In this document: positions 19,678-30,407 of the stretch, piece by piece | Position numbering within the stretch: position 1 is the stretch's first letter | Layout of the letters: each line of letters begins with the position of its first letter | Origin: Candidatus Latescibacterota bacterium | GTDB lineage: Bacteria; Latescibacterota; UBA2968; GCA-2709665 | Reading direction: 5' to 3' | DNA: 64,000 nt | Assembly: GCA_965222075.1 (NCBI GenBank) | Contig: OZ244937.1 | Coordinates: 3,808,001-3,872,000, forward strand | Translations under genes and position numbers: made by a program | The notes under the pieces: model-generated | What the model saw: only the letters and a program-made list of their open reading frames with translations | Databases searched by the model: none | Told to the model about the DNA's origin: nothing

Positions 19678-20436
19678 TCACCTCCGATCTAAGATCTGTT
19701 TCATATTCTCCCAGAAAACCTTCTTCTTCTGAGCAGCGGTCAGATCCGCGCCCAGCACCTTCCCCACGCCCCCCTCCATCGTCATATCGGTCCCAAACAG
19801 CAGCCGATCCACCCCCAGTTCCCGTGCCGCCATCTCCACCATCCCCGCATCAATCACGCTCCCGCTCGTATCCAGATAAACGCTTGGCGCCTGCCGAAGT
19901 TGCTTAATCGCCCACTCCCAGTCTCCCCCCCCACCGATGTGGGCCTCAATCAGCATCGCCTCGGGATACACCCTGGCAACCTGCACAAAATCCCCCGCGT
20001 GCGACATGTTCGGCTGCGCAGCCCAACTCTCCGGTGTGGTTGGGTATCCCGCGTGCTCCAGGACCGGCACCCGCTCCTCAATCGCCTTTTCAAGCGTGGG
20101 CCGCACCGCCGGATCCCAGATTTTGTACTGATTGTAAAGCTTGATCCCGATCATGCCCCCGTCCAGACACCGGTCGATCTCATCCAGCGTCTCCCGATAG
20201 CCCGGACAGACGAAACAATACCCCAGGATCCGGTTCGGATAGCGCCGCATCGCCTCCAGCATCCCGTCGTTGCAGGCGCGGACCTCCTCCATCGTGGGCA
20301 TCCCTCGCACAATCGGAATAGAGGAACAGAGCTGGTCGATCCCCAGCCTGTCAGCAGCCTCGATAATCAGATCGTTGTCGCCCCAGGACCACGTCACCGG
20401 ACCGCCGTTGACGTGCATGTGACAGTCAATTTTCAT
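19678..20436 (-). CDS. Amidohydrolase_2 family protein
   Basis: IDCHMH, GIKLY, EHAG, AHIGGG, YLDTSGS, LLFGTD. Confidence 0.85.
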   Translation of the reverse strand: MKIDCHMHVNGGPVTWSWGDNDLIIEAADRLGIDQLCSSIPIVRGMPTMEEVRACNDGMLEAMRRYPNRILGYCFVCPGYRETLDEIDRCLDGGMIGIKLYNQYKIWDPAVRPTLEKAIEERVPVLEHAGYPTTPESWAAQPNMSHAGDFVQVARVYPEAMLIEAHIGGGGDWEWAIKQLRQAPSVYLDTSGSVIDAGMVEMAARELGVDRLLFGTDMTMEGGVGKVLGADLTAAQKKKVFWENMKQILDRR

Positions 20437-20784
20437 ATCGCTAACCCCTTTCTCGTTCCAAAAACAAACCCGCCAAAATCTAAAGAGCTAAAACCGTGCC
20501 GGATCTCTGTTCCCTGAGAAAATTCGTTGTAACCCATTCATTATAAATATATTGAATATTCCAAAAAAATACAGTGCCTGCCTCAAAAATCTAATGTTTT
20601 AATCAGAGTGTCGCAAAAATCCACAGAATATTGTACACAAGCCGGGCGCAGTGGATATCTCTTCGAGAAATATTAGCCGACGCGCAGGAATTTTCAGGGA
20701 GATGGTAGACGACTGGCTCTACCCATTCTTATGGGAACTTGTGGGAGGAATTATAGCCGAATTTTTAAAATAGTAACAGTCCAA

Positions 20785-20985
20785 TCACTCCCCCCTGGAG
20801 GGGGAGTAATGAGGGGGGTCTGGCGAGGGCAGGATGCCCTCGTTCCCGGGTTTTTCGAAGGCAGGATGCCCTCGTTCCGGCGAGACCTGTCTGCGTGCTT
20901 GCGCGCTGCGCGCAGGCAAGCGCCCGCGCTCCCAGGTTTTTCGAAGGCATGGGGAGGGTGGGCGGTGAGGGGTGCAGGTCTGTGG
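20785..20985. repeat. Cluster of several REP-like palindromes
   Basis: ACTCCCCC..GGGGGAGT hairpin; two GGCAGGATGCCCTCGTTCC copies; GCAGGCAAGCGCCCGCGCTCCCAG; CGAAGGCATGGGGAGGG shared with 63962. Confidence 0.6.
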
Positions 20986-21007
20986 GTTGTTGCGCGGGCA
21001 GTCCGCC

Positions 21008-22000
21008 TCATTCCATAACCCTCACTGCCTGGCCTCCCTTCTGCGCCGACGCCCAGGCCGCCTCGGTCAGCTGGATCACCCGCAGCCCGCAGATGGCCGG
21101 CACCTGAACCTCATCCCGTCCCAGGATGGCATCCACAAAATTCCGGTCCGGACTGCTGAAACGCGACGGCAAAGGCCCGATTTCCACCGGATCCTGTCCC
21201 CCGTACTTGCAGGTCAGTTTCTCGTTCCGAAGATAGAACACCCCTCTGGAGCCCCAGATCGTGATATCTTCCCATATCCCCGGACCCACGGAATTGCCCA
21301 CCACCGACAGATTGGCCAGCGCCCCGCCCGCAAACCGGATCGACAGCGCTGAATTGACGTCCACCTCCCCGTCAAAATACGCCATAAAGGCCGAAACCTC
21401 CGCCGGGCGCTGGTCGGTCATCCACAGCACCACATCCAGCAGGTGGCTTCCCGAATCATTCAGCTGCCCCCCGCCCGACAGCGCGTGCACCTGCCGCCAC
21501 TTCCCCTGCTGGCTCCGATACCAGTTCTGGTCCTGAAGCGCCGAAATAAACTGCACCTCGCCCACCTCCCCACCCAGAATCTGATTCCGGATAAACCGGA
21601 ACTGAGGGGCGAAATGCCGCTGGTAGGACACCATCAGAATCCTGTCCACCTCCTCCGACCGCGCGATCACCTGCCGGGCGTGGTCCACCGTGCAAACCAT
21701 CGGCTTCTCCGTCAGCACGTGCAACCCCCGGTCCAAACCCTCCATAATCTGCTCAAAATGGAGGGTGTGCGGCGTGGAAATCTCCACCGCGTCCATATCC
21801 ACCGAATCCAGCATCTCCTTATAGTCCGTAAACCTCGGAATACCCTCTGCCCCCGCCAGCCGCTCAAACAGCCTCCCGAAACTCTCCTCGCTCACATCGG
21901 CCAGCCCCACCACCTCCACCTCCCCCATCTCCATCAACCGCCGCAAATGCCCGCCCGCGTTCCCCCCACACCCAATCATCCCAATGCGCACCTTCTCCAT
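21008..22000 (-). CDS. Gfo/Idh/MocA-family oxidoreductase
   Basis: RIGMIGCGG, ISTPHTLH, HVLTEKPM, GGGQLNDSGSHLLD; AGGAG RBS before ATG 22000. Confidence 0.88.
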   Translation of the reverse strand: MEKVRIGMIGCGGNAGGHLRRLMEMGEVEVVGLADVSEESFGRLFERLAGAEGIPRFTDYKEMLDSVDMDAVEISTPHTLHFEQIMEGLDRGLHVLTEKPMVCTVDHARQVIARSEEVDRILMVSYQRHFAPQFRFIRNQILGGEVGEVQFISALQDQNWYRSQQGKWRQVHALSGGGQLNDSGSHLLDVVLWMTDQRPAEVSAFMAYFDGEVDVNSALSIRFAGGALANLSVVGNSVGPGIWEDITIWGSRGVFYLRNEKLTCKYGGQDPVEIGPLPSRFSSPDRNFVDAILGRDEVQVPAICGLRVIQLTEAAWASAQKGGQAVRVME

Positions 22001-22024
22001 CCCATCGCTCCTTTCCGCATTCTG

Positions 22025-22370
22025 CACCCCTTACCTCCTTCGCCTTTCTCCCCCTTTCCTCTCAGGAAAGGGGGCCGGGGGGATAGGTCACTCATACCGC
22101 TGGCTGACGGAACAGTTCGGGTTTGCGGAACAGCCGTGGGAATGACCCCTCCCCCGGCCCCTCCCCGAAACGGGGAGGGGAGAGGGTGCGCCTCATCCTG
22201 TACCCGCCACCTCCACCTTTGCTGCGGGGTACCCGCCACCTCCACCTTTGCTGCGGGGTTGAAGGGGCTTTTCCGCGCGGTTCCGTCCAGCCTGGTGGGC
22301 AACCACGAGGGTTGCCCCTACAAATGCAACGGCGTGGACAAAGGGGATAGGTCACTCATACCGCCCCTAC
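22025..22370 (-). repeat. Composite repeat: inverted copy of the 30.4-32.3 kb B-linker-A unit, 29-bp tandem duplication, GTAG-type REP
   Basis: GGATAGGTCACTCATACCGC..GCGGAACAGCCGTGG..TGACCCCTCCCCCGGCCCCTCCCCG is the reverse complement of the array junction; TACCCGCCACCTCCACCTTTGCTGCGGGG occurs twice (22201-22258); GGGCAACCACGAGGGTTGCCCCTAC. Confidence 0.85.
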
Positions 22371-22412
22371 CCCCGTCACGCGCCCGCTTTTCCAGGCAAC
22401 AATTTCTCTAAC

Positions 22413-22450
22413 AAAAAAGGGCCGCCGGACCAGATGACCGGCGACCCTTT
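22413..22450 (-). terminator. Rho-independent terminator after the surface-protein genes
   Basis: AAAGGGTCGCCGG/CCGGCGGCCCTTT stem followed by a T-run on the minus strand. Confidence 0.7.
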
Positions 22451-22469
22451 AGACCCTTCAAACAGAGCT

Positions 22470-23984
22470 TTACTTCAACAGCAGCATCTTCTGCGAAGCA
22501 GAGAACGAACCGGCTTCAACCTTTGCGATATACACACCGCTTCCCACGCTACGGCCCAGGTTGTCCTTCGCGTCCCACCGGACCTGATAGCGGCCCGCAA
22601 ACCTCTGCTCGTTCACCAGCTGCCGCACCACCTGCCCGGTTGCATCGTAAATCACGATGGAAATCAGGGCATCGCTCGGCAGATCGTAGGAAATCGTCGT
22701 ACTCGGGTTGAACGGATTCGGATACACATTGGTCGCAAACTCGGTCGGCACGTCCACAAACCGGGCGCCCAGGGTGACCTCAACCGCGTTCGACCGGTGA
22801 ATCGTACCGTCTAAGTCTACCTGTTCCAACACGTAAAAGACCTTCTCCGCAGACGGTGGGTTATTATCCACAAAACTGTAGCTCACCAGCGCGTCCGAAG
22901 TTCCGGCGCCCGAAACAAACTCGCCAACGGGCTCATAGGTCTTCCCGTCCACGCTGCGCAGCATCCGCCAGCCCGCGTTATTCGTCTGAGAGGCCGTCGT
23001 CCAGTTCAGCACCACCCGGTCTTCGGCCAACTCCCCACCGAAAGAAGCCAGTTCGACCGGGTTCTCAAGACTGAACTCGACCGTGACCACATCCGTGGTA
23101 TCCATTCCGGAGTAAGCGTAAACACTCACGCTTCCCGCATCTCCCATGCCCTTGGCGTAAACCTTGATCATAGTCCCCGTGGTAGCGAACATCATCCCCT
23201 CCATCATCATCCCATCCTGATCGAGCACGGTGATATCAAACGACCCCATCCTCGAAACACTCCACGAAATTGTATCGCCCACTGCAAAATTTTTGGCCGC
23301 TATCGTGACCGTATCGGGAGGAGCGTCGGCATCCCGCTGGACAGCGACGGGATCGGCGATCATCATGCCGCCCATGTCCAGAATTTCCAGCTTCGGCGCC
23401 TTGGGCTGCTCAAAGGTGATCATGGCCATGGAAACGTCTAAGGAGTCGACCTCAAGTGTTGTTGGGGGGGTCAACGCTCCAATCGTGGCCACGCTCACCG
23501 AAAGGGTCGTCCCTTCGGGAATATCCCGATTGGCAATCAGGGTAAATACCCCAAGGAGCATATTGTCCTTAAAGGAATAGGGCGCGAGGGTCAGCATCTC
23601 TGCCCCTGCATCCCCCATCTTGACAGGTATGCCGGCATCAGGGTCAATCATCAGCGTATCGGCTGTAAAGTTGTCTGAAAACACACCATCCGTATCGTCA
23701 AACCCAAAACCGAAGCCTAACCAACCTGCAGGGGCGTCGCTCACATATATTTCAATGTCCACCGTATCGCCCGCCGCCGGCGGCACAACGCTCGTGACAT
23801 TATCGTTCATCCTGTCGCCGAACATCATGGCCATCATCGAATCATCTTCAGCCGGTGCATAGCCGTCCAGCAACAGCCTCACGCCCTCATAAGGCCCGGC
23901 CTCCGCATGCTGCCCCGCCACAACAAAAGAAAACAGCGCGAAGGCTGAAATAAACCAGACAAATTTCTTCAAATTGAACATCAA
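22470..23984 (-). CDS. Secreted Met-rich protein with cohesin-like N-domain and C-terminal FlgD-Ig/secretion-tail domain
   Basis: Signal peptide, PVELASF..VVLNWTTASQTNNAGW, NVYPNPFNPSTTISY, WDAKDNLGRSVGSGVY, KMLLLK. Confidence 0.8.
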   Translation of the reverse strand: MMFNLKKFVWFISAFALFSFVVAGQHAEAGPYEGVRLLLDGYAPAEDDSMMAMMFGDRMNDNVTSVVPPAAGDTVDIEIYVSDAPAGWLGFGFGFDDTDGVFSDNFTADTLMIDPDAGIPVKMGDAGAEMLTLAPYSFKDNMLLGVFTLIANRDIPEGTTLSVSVATIGALTPPTTLEVDSLDVSMAMITFEQPKAPKLEILDMGGMMIADPVAVQRDADAPPDTVTIAAKNFAVGDTISWSVSRMGSFDITVLDQDGMMMEGMMFATTGTMIKVYAKGMGDAGSVSVYAYSGMDTTDVVTVEFSLENPVELASFGGELAEDRVVLNWTTASQTNNAGWRMLRSVDGKTYEPVGEFVSGAGTSDALVSYSFVDNNPPSAEKVFYVLEQVDLDGTIHRSNAVEVTLGARFVDVPTEFATNVYPNPFNPSTTISYDLPSDALISIVIYDATGQVVRQLVNEQRFAGRYQVRWDAKDNLGRSVGSGVYIAKVEAGSFSASQKMLLLK

Positions 23985-24064
23985 TCACGCCCTCCTCTTC
24001 ACCTGAAATTCGCCTCTCAGGACACCGCCGGGCAGATCAGCCCGAACCGGTTATAATAAACACA

Positions 24065-24103
24065 GGTATGGGAGCTCCACCAACGGGGTGGAACTCCCAT
24101 ACC
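24065..24103. other. Strong intergenic stem-loop (partial terminator or mRNA stabiliser)
   Basis: GGTATGGGAGCTCCACC / GGTGGAACTCCCATACC, one mismatch, directly after the large surface-protein stop. Confidence 0.6.
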
Positions 24104-24111
24104 AGACGGAT

Positions 24112-27100
24112 CTACTTGAGGAGCATCAACCGCTTCACGTCGTGGAACTTCCCACCCGTCGCGAGCTGGTAGAAGTAAATCCCACTCGACACAGGCATTC
24201 CCCGATCATCCGTACCGCTCCACTTCACCTGGTACCGGCCAGCCGACTGCCGCTCGGCCACCATCGTCCGGACCACCTGACCCAAAATATTGTAGATCTG
24301 GAGGTGGACATCGGAGCCTTCCGCCAGGTTGTACTTGATCGTGGTTTCGGGGTTGAACGGATTCGGGAAGTTCTGGAACAACGCGAACTCGGTAGGCGTA
24401 GTCTCGACATTCAACGCGCCCAGGACAACCATCTGATTCGAGAGCAACTTGTGATCGAATACGATCCCTTCGATAATCTCGAACCGGGCGTTGTCCTCAA
24501 ACTCCTTCAGAACCTTGAAGGTCAGCGTAACGACCGACCCCTCGCCGCTGACGACTTCACCGTCGGCAAGCGAGTTGGCAACCATAATCTGACCGGACTG
24601 CTCAGACTGTTCGAAGAACACCGGCGTCTCACCACCCGCAGACTTCAGCAGGTCGTTCTCGGCCGGCGCCGCCTTTAAGAACTCGAACTTTTCGGAATCG
24701 AAGGTCAGCACAAAACCGAAGCCCTTCAGGGCCTTTGTGTTGGCCACCGAAACATCCAGCGAAATCTGCTGCCCGACCAGCACACGATCGGTGTTGTTGC
24801 TAAGCAACATCTCGGCATCCTCGTTCACACCCAGCCTGGGAACCATAACCAGCTTGGTCGCTCCAATCGGCCGGCCGTTCCGTAAACTGGGCTTTTTGCC
24901 GAACGTGCTCGCGAAATTGACGACGTCCGCAAAGTCGACGACCCCGTCCTGGTTCGTGTCGGCCTGCTCGACATAATTCGCATCCCCGTCGTTCGCACCG
25001 AAGGCACTGGCGAGGGCAACGAAGTCCCGGAAGCTCGGAGTAAAGTCGGTCCGGCCGGGAGACAGATCAACAACGTAGATCAGACTACCGTCGGCGTCTG
25101 TAAAGCTGACATACCCCGTAACCGGCACCGAGAGCATTTCGCTCGGCATCTGGTTGTCCAGATCAGCCGCGTCAACGCGGTAAATCACCATCGAAGCGCC
25201 TTCCGGCACGTTCTCATCTACGAAGCTGGTGGCTCCTTGCTCCACCGAACCCACCATCTCCCAATCCCCGTCGTCCACGCTCCGCCAGACATTGTAGCTC
25301 GCCACGCCGGGGATTGAGACCGCGTGCCCACGGTAGTTGATAAAGCCTACGACCTTATCGTCCGCCGAAGCCAGCCAGTTGAGGGCGATATTTCCGTCTT
25401 CCATCTCACCCTTAAGCTCGGTGACCGCAGCAGGCGGAATATTATCAACCGCCCCTGCCGGCCCCTCGGTAAGGGTCCGTGCAGACATCATGACCACCAT
25501 GGCTCGCCGTCCGGATGCTCTGTGGCACCGTGGGCGTAGCCAGCAGAACGGTCAGGTCGGGATTCATAGGCGCAAAGATAAGATTCTCCTGGTCGCCCAG
25601 AATCGACTTCACATAGTCCTGAGGCGGTGAGAACACATTGGACAGTTCCTCGTACGAAAGCACGCGGTTGGGGTCAATCCCCAGGAACTGCGCCATAAGC
25701 TGCACGCTCTCCCTGCTAAACACCCGCTTGCCCGCTGGCACCCGATCCGAACCGTCTATCCGATCCGAACCCTGACCGCCCGCATAGGCCTGGATGCCCC
25801 ACATTGGTAGGATCGCCGTCAATCACGGGAACCACCGCCCGAACAATGCCGTCATCACTCGCCTCCATCGCCCCAATCGAAGCCCAACTTATCCACTCGG
25901 GCCCCCACCAAAGTATCTCTCTGGACGGCTATACCAGCGCTGTCCTCGACGCTAACCTGGATCTCTCGCCAGAGCCGGTACCCCTCCGCGCCTTCAGAGG
26001 ACGGGAAGCTCGCCATCACGTAGCCGCCCTGGTCGCCATCTCCCAAAGCTCCCTTGTAGTCCTGCACCAACAGGTTGGCCGGCGCAGCCAGCTCTTCGGG
26101 ATCGGGATCGGGATCGGGCTTTGGAATGATTGAGGGTTCTTCCTCGTTACTCCCCTTAGCCCCCCGGGACGCGATAGACCCGTCCGAGAGAGTTGCAACC
26201 GCCCTGACGACTACAGACTCCCCGGGGGGCGCATTGCCTCTGAAGTGCTCCCGTCTCCTTCCACGCCAACCCCTTGCGGTCCATCCGGCAGTGTGATACG
26301 GGTGTTGGGCGAGCCAAACTCGAAGGAGACCTCGTCGAGAATATACTTCGGATCAAGCCTGGAAGTCAGAAATTCCCTTCCCTCGTTGGCATTAATATCT
26401 ACATCTTCATCCCCAATAGTGGAGGTCTTCGTGCTCGGGTTGTCAAGCGAGTCGGTGGGAACCACGTTAATCATAAAATTCCCGGAGTCATCACCGTCCG
26501 GCGTGACACTCACGCGGAATTGGACGAACTCGCCGGCCTCCCAAACGAGGCTATCCCGATCGCCTCCAAAATTCGGCACCCTCTCCATCGTCGTCTCTTC
26601 GGGGGTGTCCTGATCCGTTCTGGTCTGCGTGGACGTGTCCTCAACTTTAACGATAACCATGGCGACAGCCGTGTCGGTGGTCACCGTGATCGTGCGTTTC
26701 CCAAGGTCCCACCCTTTCCTGTTCAGACTCACGGTCCCGTCCATGTTCACCGTGTTTTTGACACCCTCTTCCAAATCTTCCGAAATCGTGAACCTGCCGG
26801 AGTCGGCGAGAACATGCTCCATCTCCTCATTGAGCACCAGGACCGAGACCAGTACATCATTATCCTTCGCCTGGTCGTCATATGTCACCGCTGTCTTTCC
26901 TTTCTCTCCTTTTGTCCGGGCCTCGATATTCAGAGTCAGTTCTTGACCCACAATCGACGAGTCCGGCAGGACCTTGTCGTCGCTGCCCTTCGGGCGCGTG
27001 ACCAAGAACGTATCGGCCACCGGGTTTTTGAACTCTTCGCTGAAAAACAGCGTATCCGGCTCGGTCAGCGTAACATTCCCCGCCTTGTCCCGTGCAAAGA

Positions 27101-29027
27101 TCTGCAGCGTAAACGTCTTGTTGTTATCGTCATCGCCAAACGTAAAGTCGTCGAAACGGTCGTCGACATCGCCCTTCGGGATATCTTTGGCGATACCGAT
27201 CTTGGGTTCCAAGATGGAACCCTGGGGGTCGTCCTTTTTATACTGAAACCAGCGGACCGAGATCGAATCGGCATCTTCGCTAATCGCCAGGCTAACATCC
27301 ACGGTCTCTGTGGTGACCGTATCTATTACGGCCTCCGATTCGGGAAATCGGGGAAAGACGTCCGAGATTTCAAGAGGAACGTTGTCAAATGTGGCCGTTA
27401 CTTCAACCGCCTTACTCTTGTTTCCGACCTCGTCCTCGACCGTGACCTTCACCTTCAACTCATCGCCGTCCGGTTTCGTCTCGTCCTTATCCTCACCTTC
27501 ACCATCTTCACCGTCCGGTCCTTTATAGTCGGTAATTTCAACGATAACGGTGCTATCATCTTCCGCCCTCTTAAGATCCGAAATAGACATCACAGGAGCC
27601 TTCGCCGTCCCCAACGTAACCTCGATTTCGGAGATGTCTTCGTCTATTTTGATCTTCAGCGGGTTCTGACCGAACATATGGTCTTCCATGGTGATGCGCT
27701 TGCCCTCCGTGGTGTCGATATACGCCTCACCAGCGCTCAGCTTGGCGGCCGTGAATCTCCCGCCCTCCTGGGGGTTGACAATATTAACAGTCGGCAGGAT
27801 ACCGTCGACAGTATAGATGAGGGGGTCTGAATCCGCCTCGTCTCCGTTATCAACCTCTCCGTCGGATTGGAAATACGCATCGTTGGCCAAGTTTCCTACG
27901 TCATCTGTGGTAAACGCCAAAAGGCCGAATTTGACGTCGTTCCCAAACGTTTCCGCTTTAGCCTTTACAGGATCCTTTACCAAGACCCCCGTCCTGTCGA
28001 AAGAAAAGGACTCGATCCTATAAAAGGAGGAGTCTTTGTGTACGAGGGCCCTCATGATGCCTTCTGATAAACCCCGCAAAACACCGTTTGACTTATTGTT
28101 ATCCTCAGTTATCATCTTGATGATAGCTTCTATAGCTTCTGGGGATACCATCAAGACTTCGGCACCCTGCCCGGAAGTTAAAACAACCGCATCATCAAGA
28201 ATAGTAGGCATCTGCGTCGCAGTACGCGCGGCCCGAATAGTGCTGATTTGCAGGGTACTGTCAGCGGGGAACTTACGAGTTTCGTCATCTTTGTCTTCCC
28301 CACTCCCCCCAACCTTCCTACTGCCCTTAAGTGCTACACCCGTGACGAACGCATCCTCGGTGTCGCCAGGCCTCGTCAGATCGAGGCTGAACTTCTTCTT
28401 ATCGCCTATTTCTCCTCCCCCCTCCACATCCGTATCATCCGTAGACGAGTTTTTGACGTAAATGAAATCGTCATCGCCTAAGACGTCAGTGCCTGTATCT
28501 TCAGACAACATGGCGCCATCTTCATTTCTCCGCACTCCGTCCTTGTCTCTCCCAGCTTTTGCAAATCTGACGTGGACTTCCAGCGGCGCAGTCTTAGCCG
28601 AAATCTGGTCATCAGTCGGGTCGGCATCAAACGCTTCTTCGCCCATGGCTACAATTGTGACCTTGAAGGTATCCACTTTCGTTCCAACGCCTGGGTCGGA
28701 GTCCCCACCCCCTAAGCCGTGCTCACTGCTGCTTCTGTTGACATTGGGATTAAAACCGGCCGATTTCAAAGTACCAATATTACCAAAGGTAGTAGCAGAA
28801 GAGGCATCCTCTATACCACCCAGAGCCACTTCCACTGTATCAACTTGGCCCAGGATAGCATATACGTAGACCTTAATCTCAGTCCCGATCTTGATGACCG
28901 CGCCAGAATCGGCAGGCGACATGACCTCGATCCGAATATCTCCCATCTCCTGAGCAAACAGATCACCCGACGACGCTCCAACAACCAGAACAAGCGCCAC
29001 ACAGAGGCTTAATACGCGTTTAAACAT
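24112..29027 (-). CDS. Very large acidic surface protein (about 1600 aa if repaired): Ig-like repeats, EF-hand/dockerin-like, cohesin and FlgD tail; interrupted by frameshifts at about 25.5-26.2 kb
   Basis: AGGAGG RBS and signal peptide at 29027. Contiguous coding pieces 26211-29027, about 25855-26230, 25445-25822 and 24112-25500. DTNQDGVVDFAD EF-hand; VGQQISLDV..KGFGFVLTFD cohesin; QNFPNPFNPETTI..RLMLLK tail. Confidence 0.75.
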
Positions 29028-29359
29028 TTAAAAACCTCCTTGAAAAATACTGAAAACCAACAACGGGAAAATTTAAAACAAAACCTGCAAACTTCGGTTT
29101 CTTCATTGAGAAACCCTCCTGAGCGCCAGATGGCCCGGCCTCACACCCATAAGGGGAAAAGGTGCAAGAGTATCAGGAATGCCCACGTCTATGATACATT
29201 ACGAATACCTCCCTTCTTTCCAACGCTTATTTTGACAACCTGAATCTCTGTAAATTTTTGAAATTTCACTGTCGGAAGAATATGCATCCCCATACGATCG
29301 CAAAAATACAACAAATTCACACGCTACAGCCGCTTTTGGTATTTAGAGGGATGAGCTTA

Positions 29360-29388
29360 AGTATAAGCAACACAAAACCCACTGTCAA
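29360..29388 (-). promoter_or_regulatory. Near-consensus sigma70 promoter for the large surface-protein gene
   Basis: Minus strand TTGACA-17 nt-TATACT with AT-rich upstream sequence. Confidence 0.75.
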
Positions 29389-29672
29389 GCATTTTCTTAC
29401 CGTTTTCCAACGTCATGCGTGACTTTTTTTCAACGCTTATTTCCAACATGTTACTTCATAAGGGGTCATTCGAGAAAAAATGAGTGCTGTTAAAAAACAA
29501 AGAGTTAAAGAAAAGAAATCACACATCGCGTTTTTTTGCCGTTTGAAAACTTTTTTCTTTAGTCCCGACATCCGCCGAAGGCGCCTTGCCCCCGTATCCC
29601 CCAAAACCCCAAGAGATAGGGGTCTACGGCGCAAACACACAACATAAAGCACTCCCCCGGCAAAACAGACCC

Positions 29673-30266
29673 CTACCCCCGCTCGTGTTCAAGCCGCCCG
29701 ATTTCATCCCGCAGCTTCGCCGCCTCCTCGTACTCTTCGCGCGCAACCGCCTCCTGCAGCTTCGCCTTCAGGGTAACAACCCGTTCCACCACCCCCTCGT
29801 TCCCCCCCATCAGGTGATCCTTTGCGTCTTCTGCGCCTTCCACCTCAACCCCGGCTTCAAACGACTTCTCCACAGCAACCCCGGCCTCCTGAATAACCTC
29901 TTCCTCAACATAAATAGGCGCCCCAACCCGAAGCGCTACGGCAATCGCATCACTCGGGCGGGAATCGATCTCAAGCGTCTGCCCCCCACAGGACAGCGTA
30001 ATTTCGGCATAAAACGTATCCTTGCGCAGGGCATTGATCAGCACCTGCACAACCCGCGCATCCAGGCTGTCTAAAATAGACCGCAACAGATCGTACGGAA
30101 TAGGCCTGGGAGGGGGCTCGTCGTAGAGTTCCATATAAATGGCCGTGGCCTCGAAATTGCCGATTGCGATGGGCAAAAACACCCGATGGTCCTTATCCTT
30201 CAAACAGACCAGAGGACGGTTGCTGTTTGGTTCAAGCACCACGCCAACCACTTCCATCTCAATCAT
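29673..30266 (-). CDS. Bifunctional nuclease (DUF151) with C-terminal UvrB/UvrC motif
   Basis: LPIAIGNFEATAI, PPPRP..YDL, IDSRPSDAIAVALR, LQEAVAREEYEEAAKLRDEI. Confidence 0.88.
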   Translation of the reverse strand: MIEMEVVGVVLEPNSNRPLVCLKDKDHRVFLPIAIGNFEATAIYMELYDEPPPRPIPYDLLRSILDSLDARVVQVLINALRKDTFYAEITLSCGGQTLEIDSRPSDAIAVALRVGAPIYVEEEVIQEAGVAVEKSFEAGVEVEGAEDAKDHLMGGNEGVVERVVTLKAKLQEAVAREEYEEAAKLRDEIGRLEHERG

Positions 30267-30407
30267 GCCCGCTCGTCCTTCCTTTGGCATTAGGGCACCA
30301 GGTCAAAATAGCACAGATGTAATATAGAGAGAAACAGAGACAAAAATCAAGCAAAAAAACAAAGCCCCGAAAAGCCCACTCCCCTCGTTACTCCCCCCTT
30401 GATATGC

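Noticed and set aside
20480-20780. Replication origin in the AT-rich block
   Set aside because: No cluster of TTATCCACA DnaA boxes, no dnaA nearby, and the C-rich skew of the + strand does not switch here.
25480-26240. Programmed ribosomal frameshifting in the surface gene
   Set aside because: Four or more shifts in different contexts with no consistent slippery heptamer; error or strain variation is more parsimonious.
29673-30290. DUF151 nuclease as the mobiliser of the adjacent array
   Set aside because: It is a widespread housekeeping family with a UVR motif, and the array's internal remnant points to DUF559 instead.
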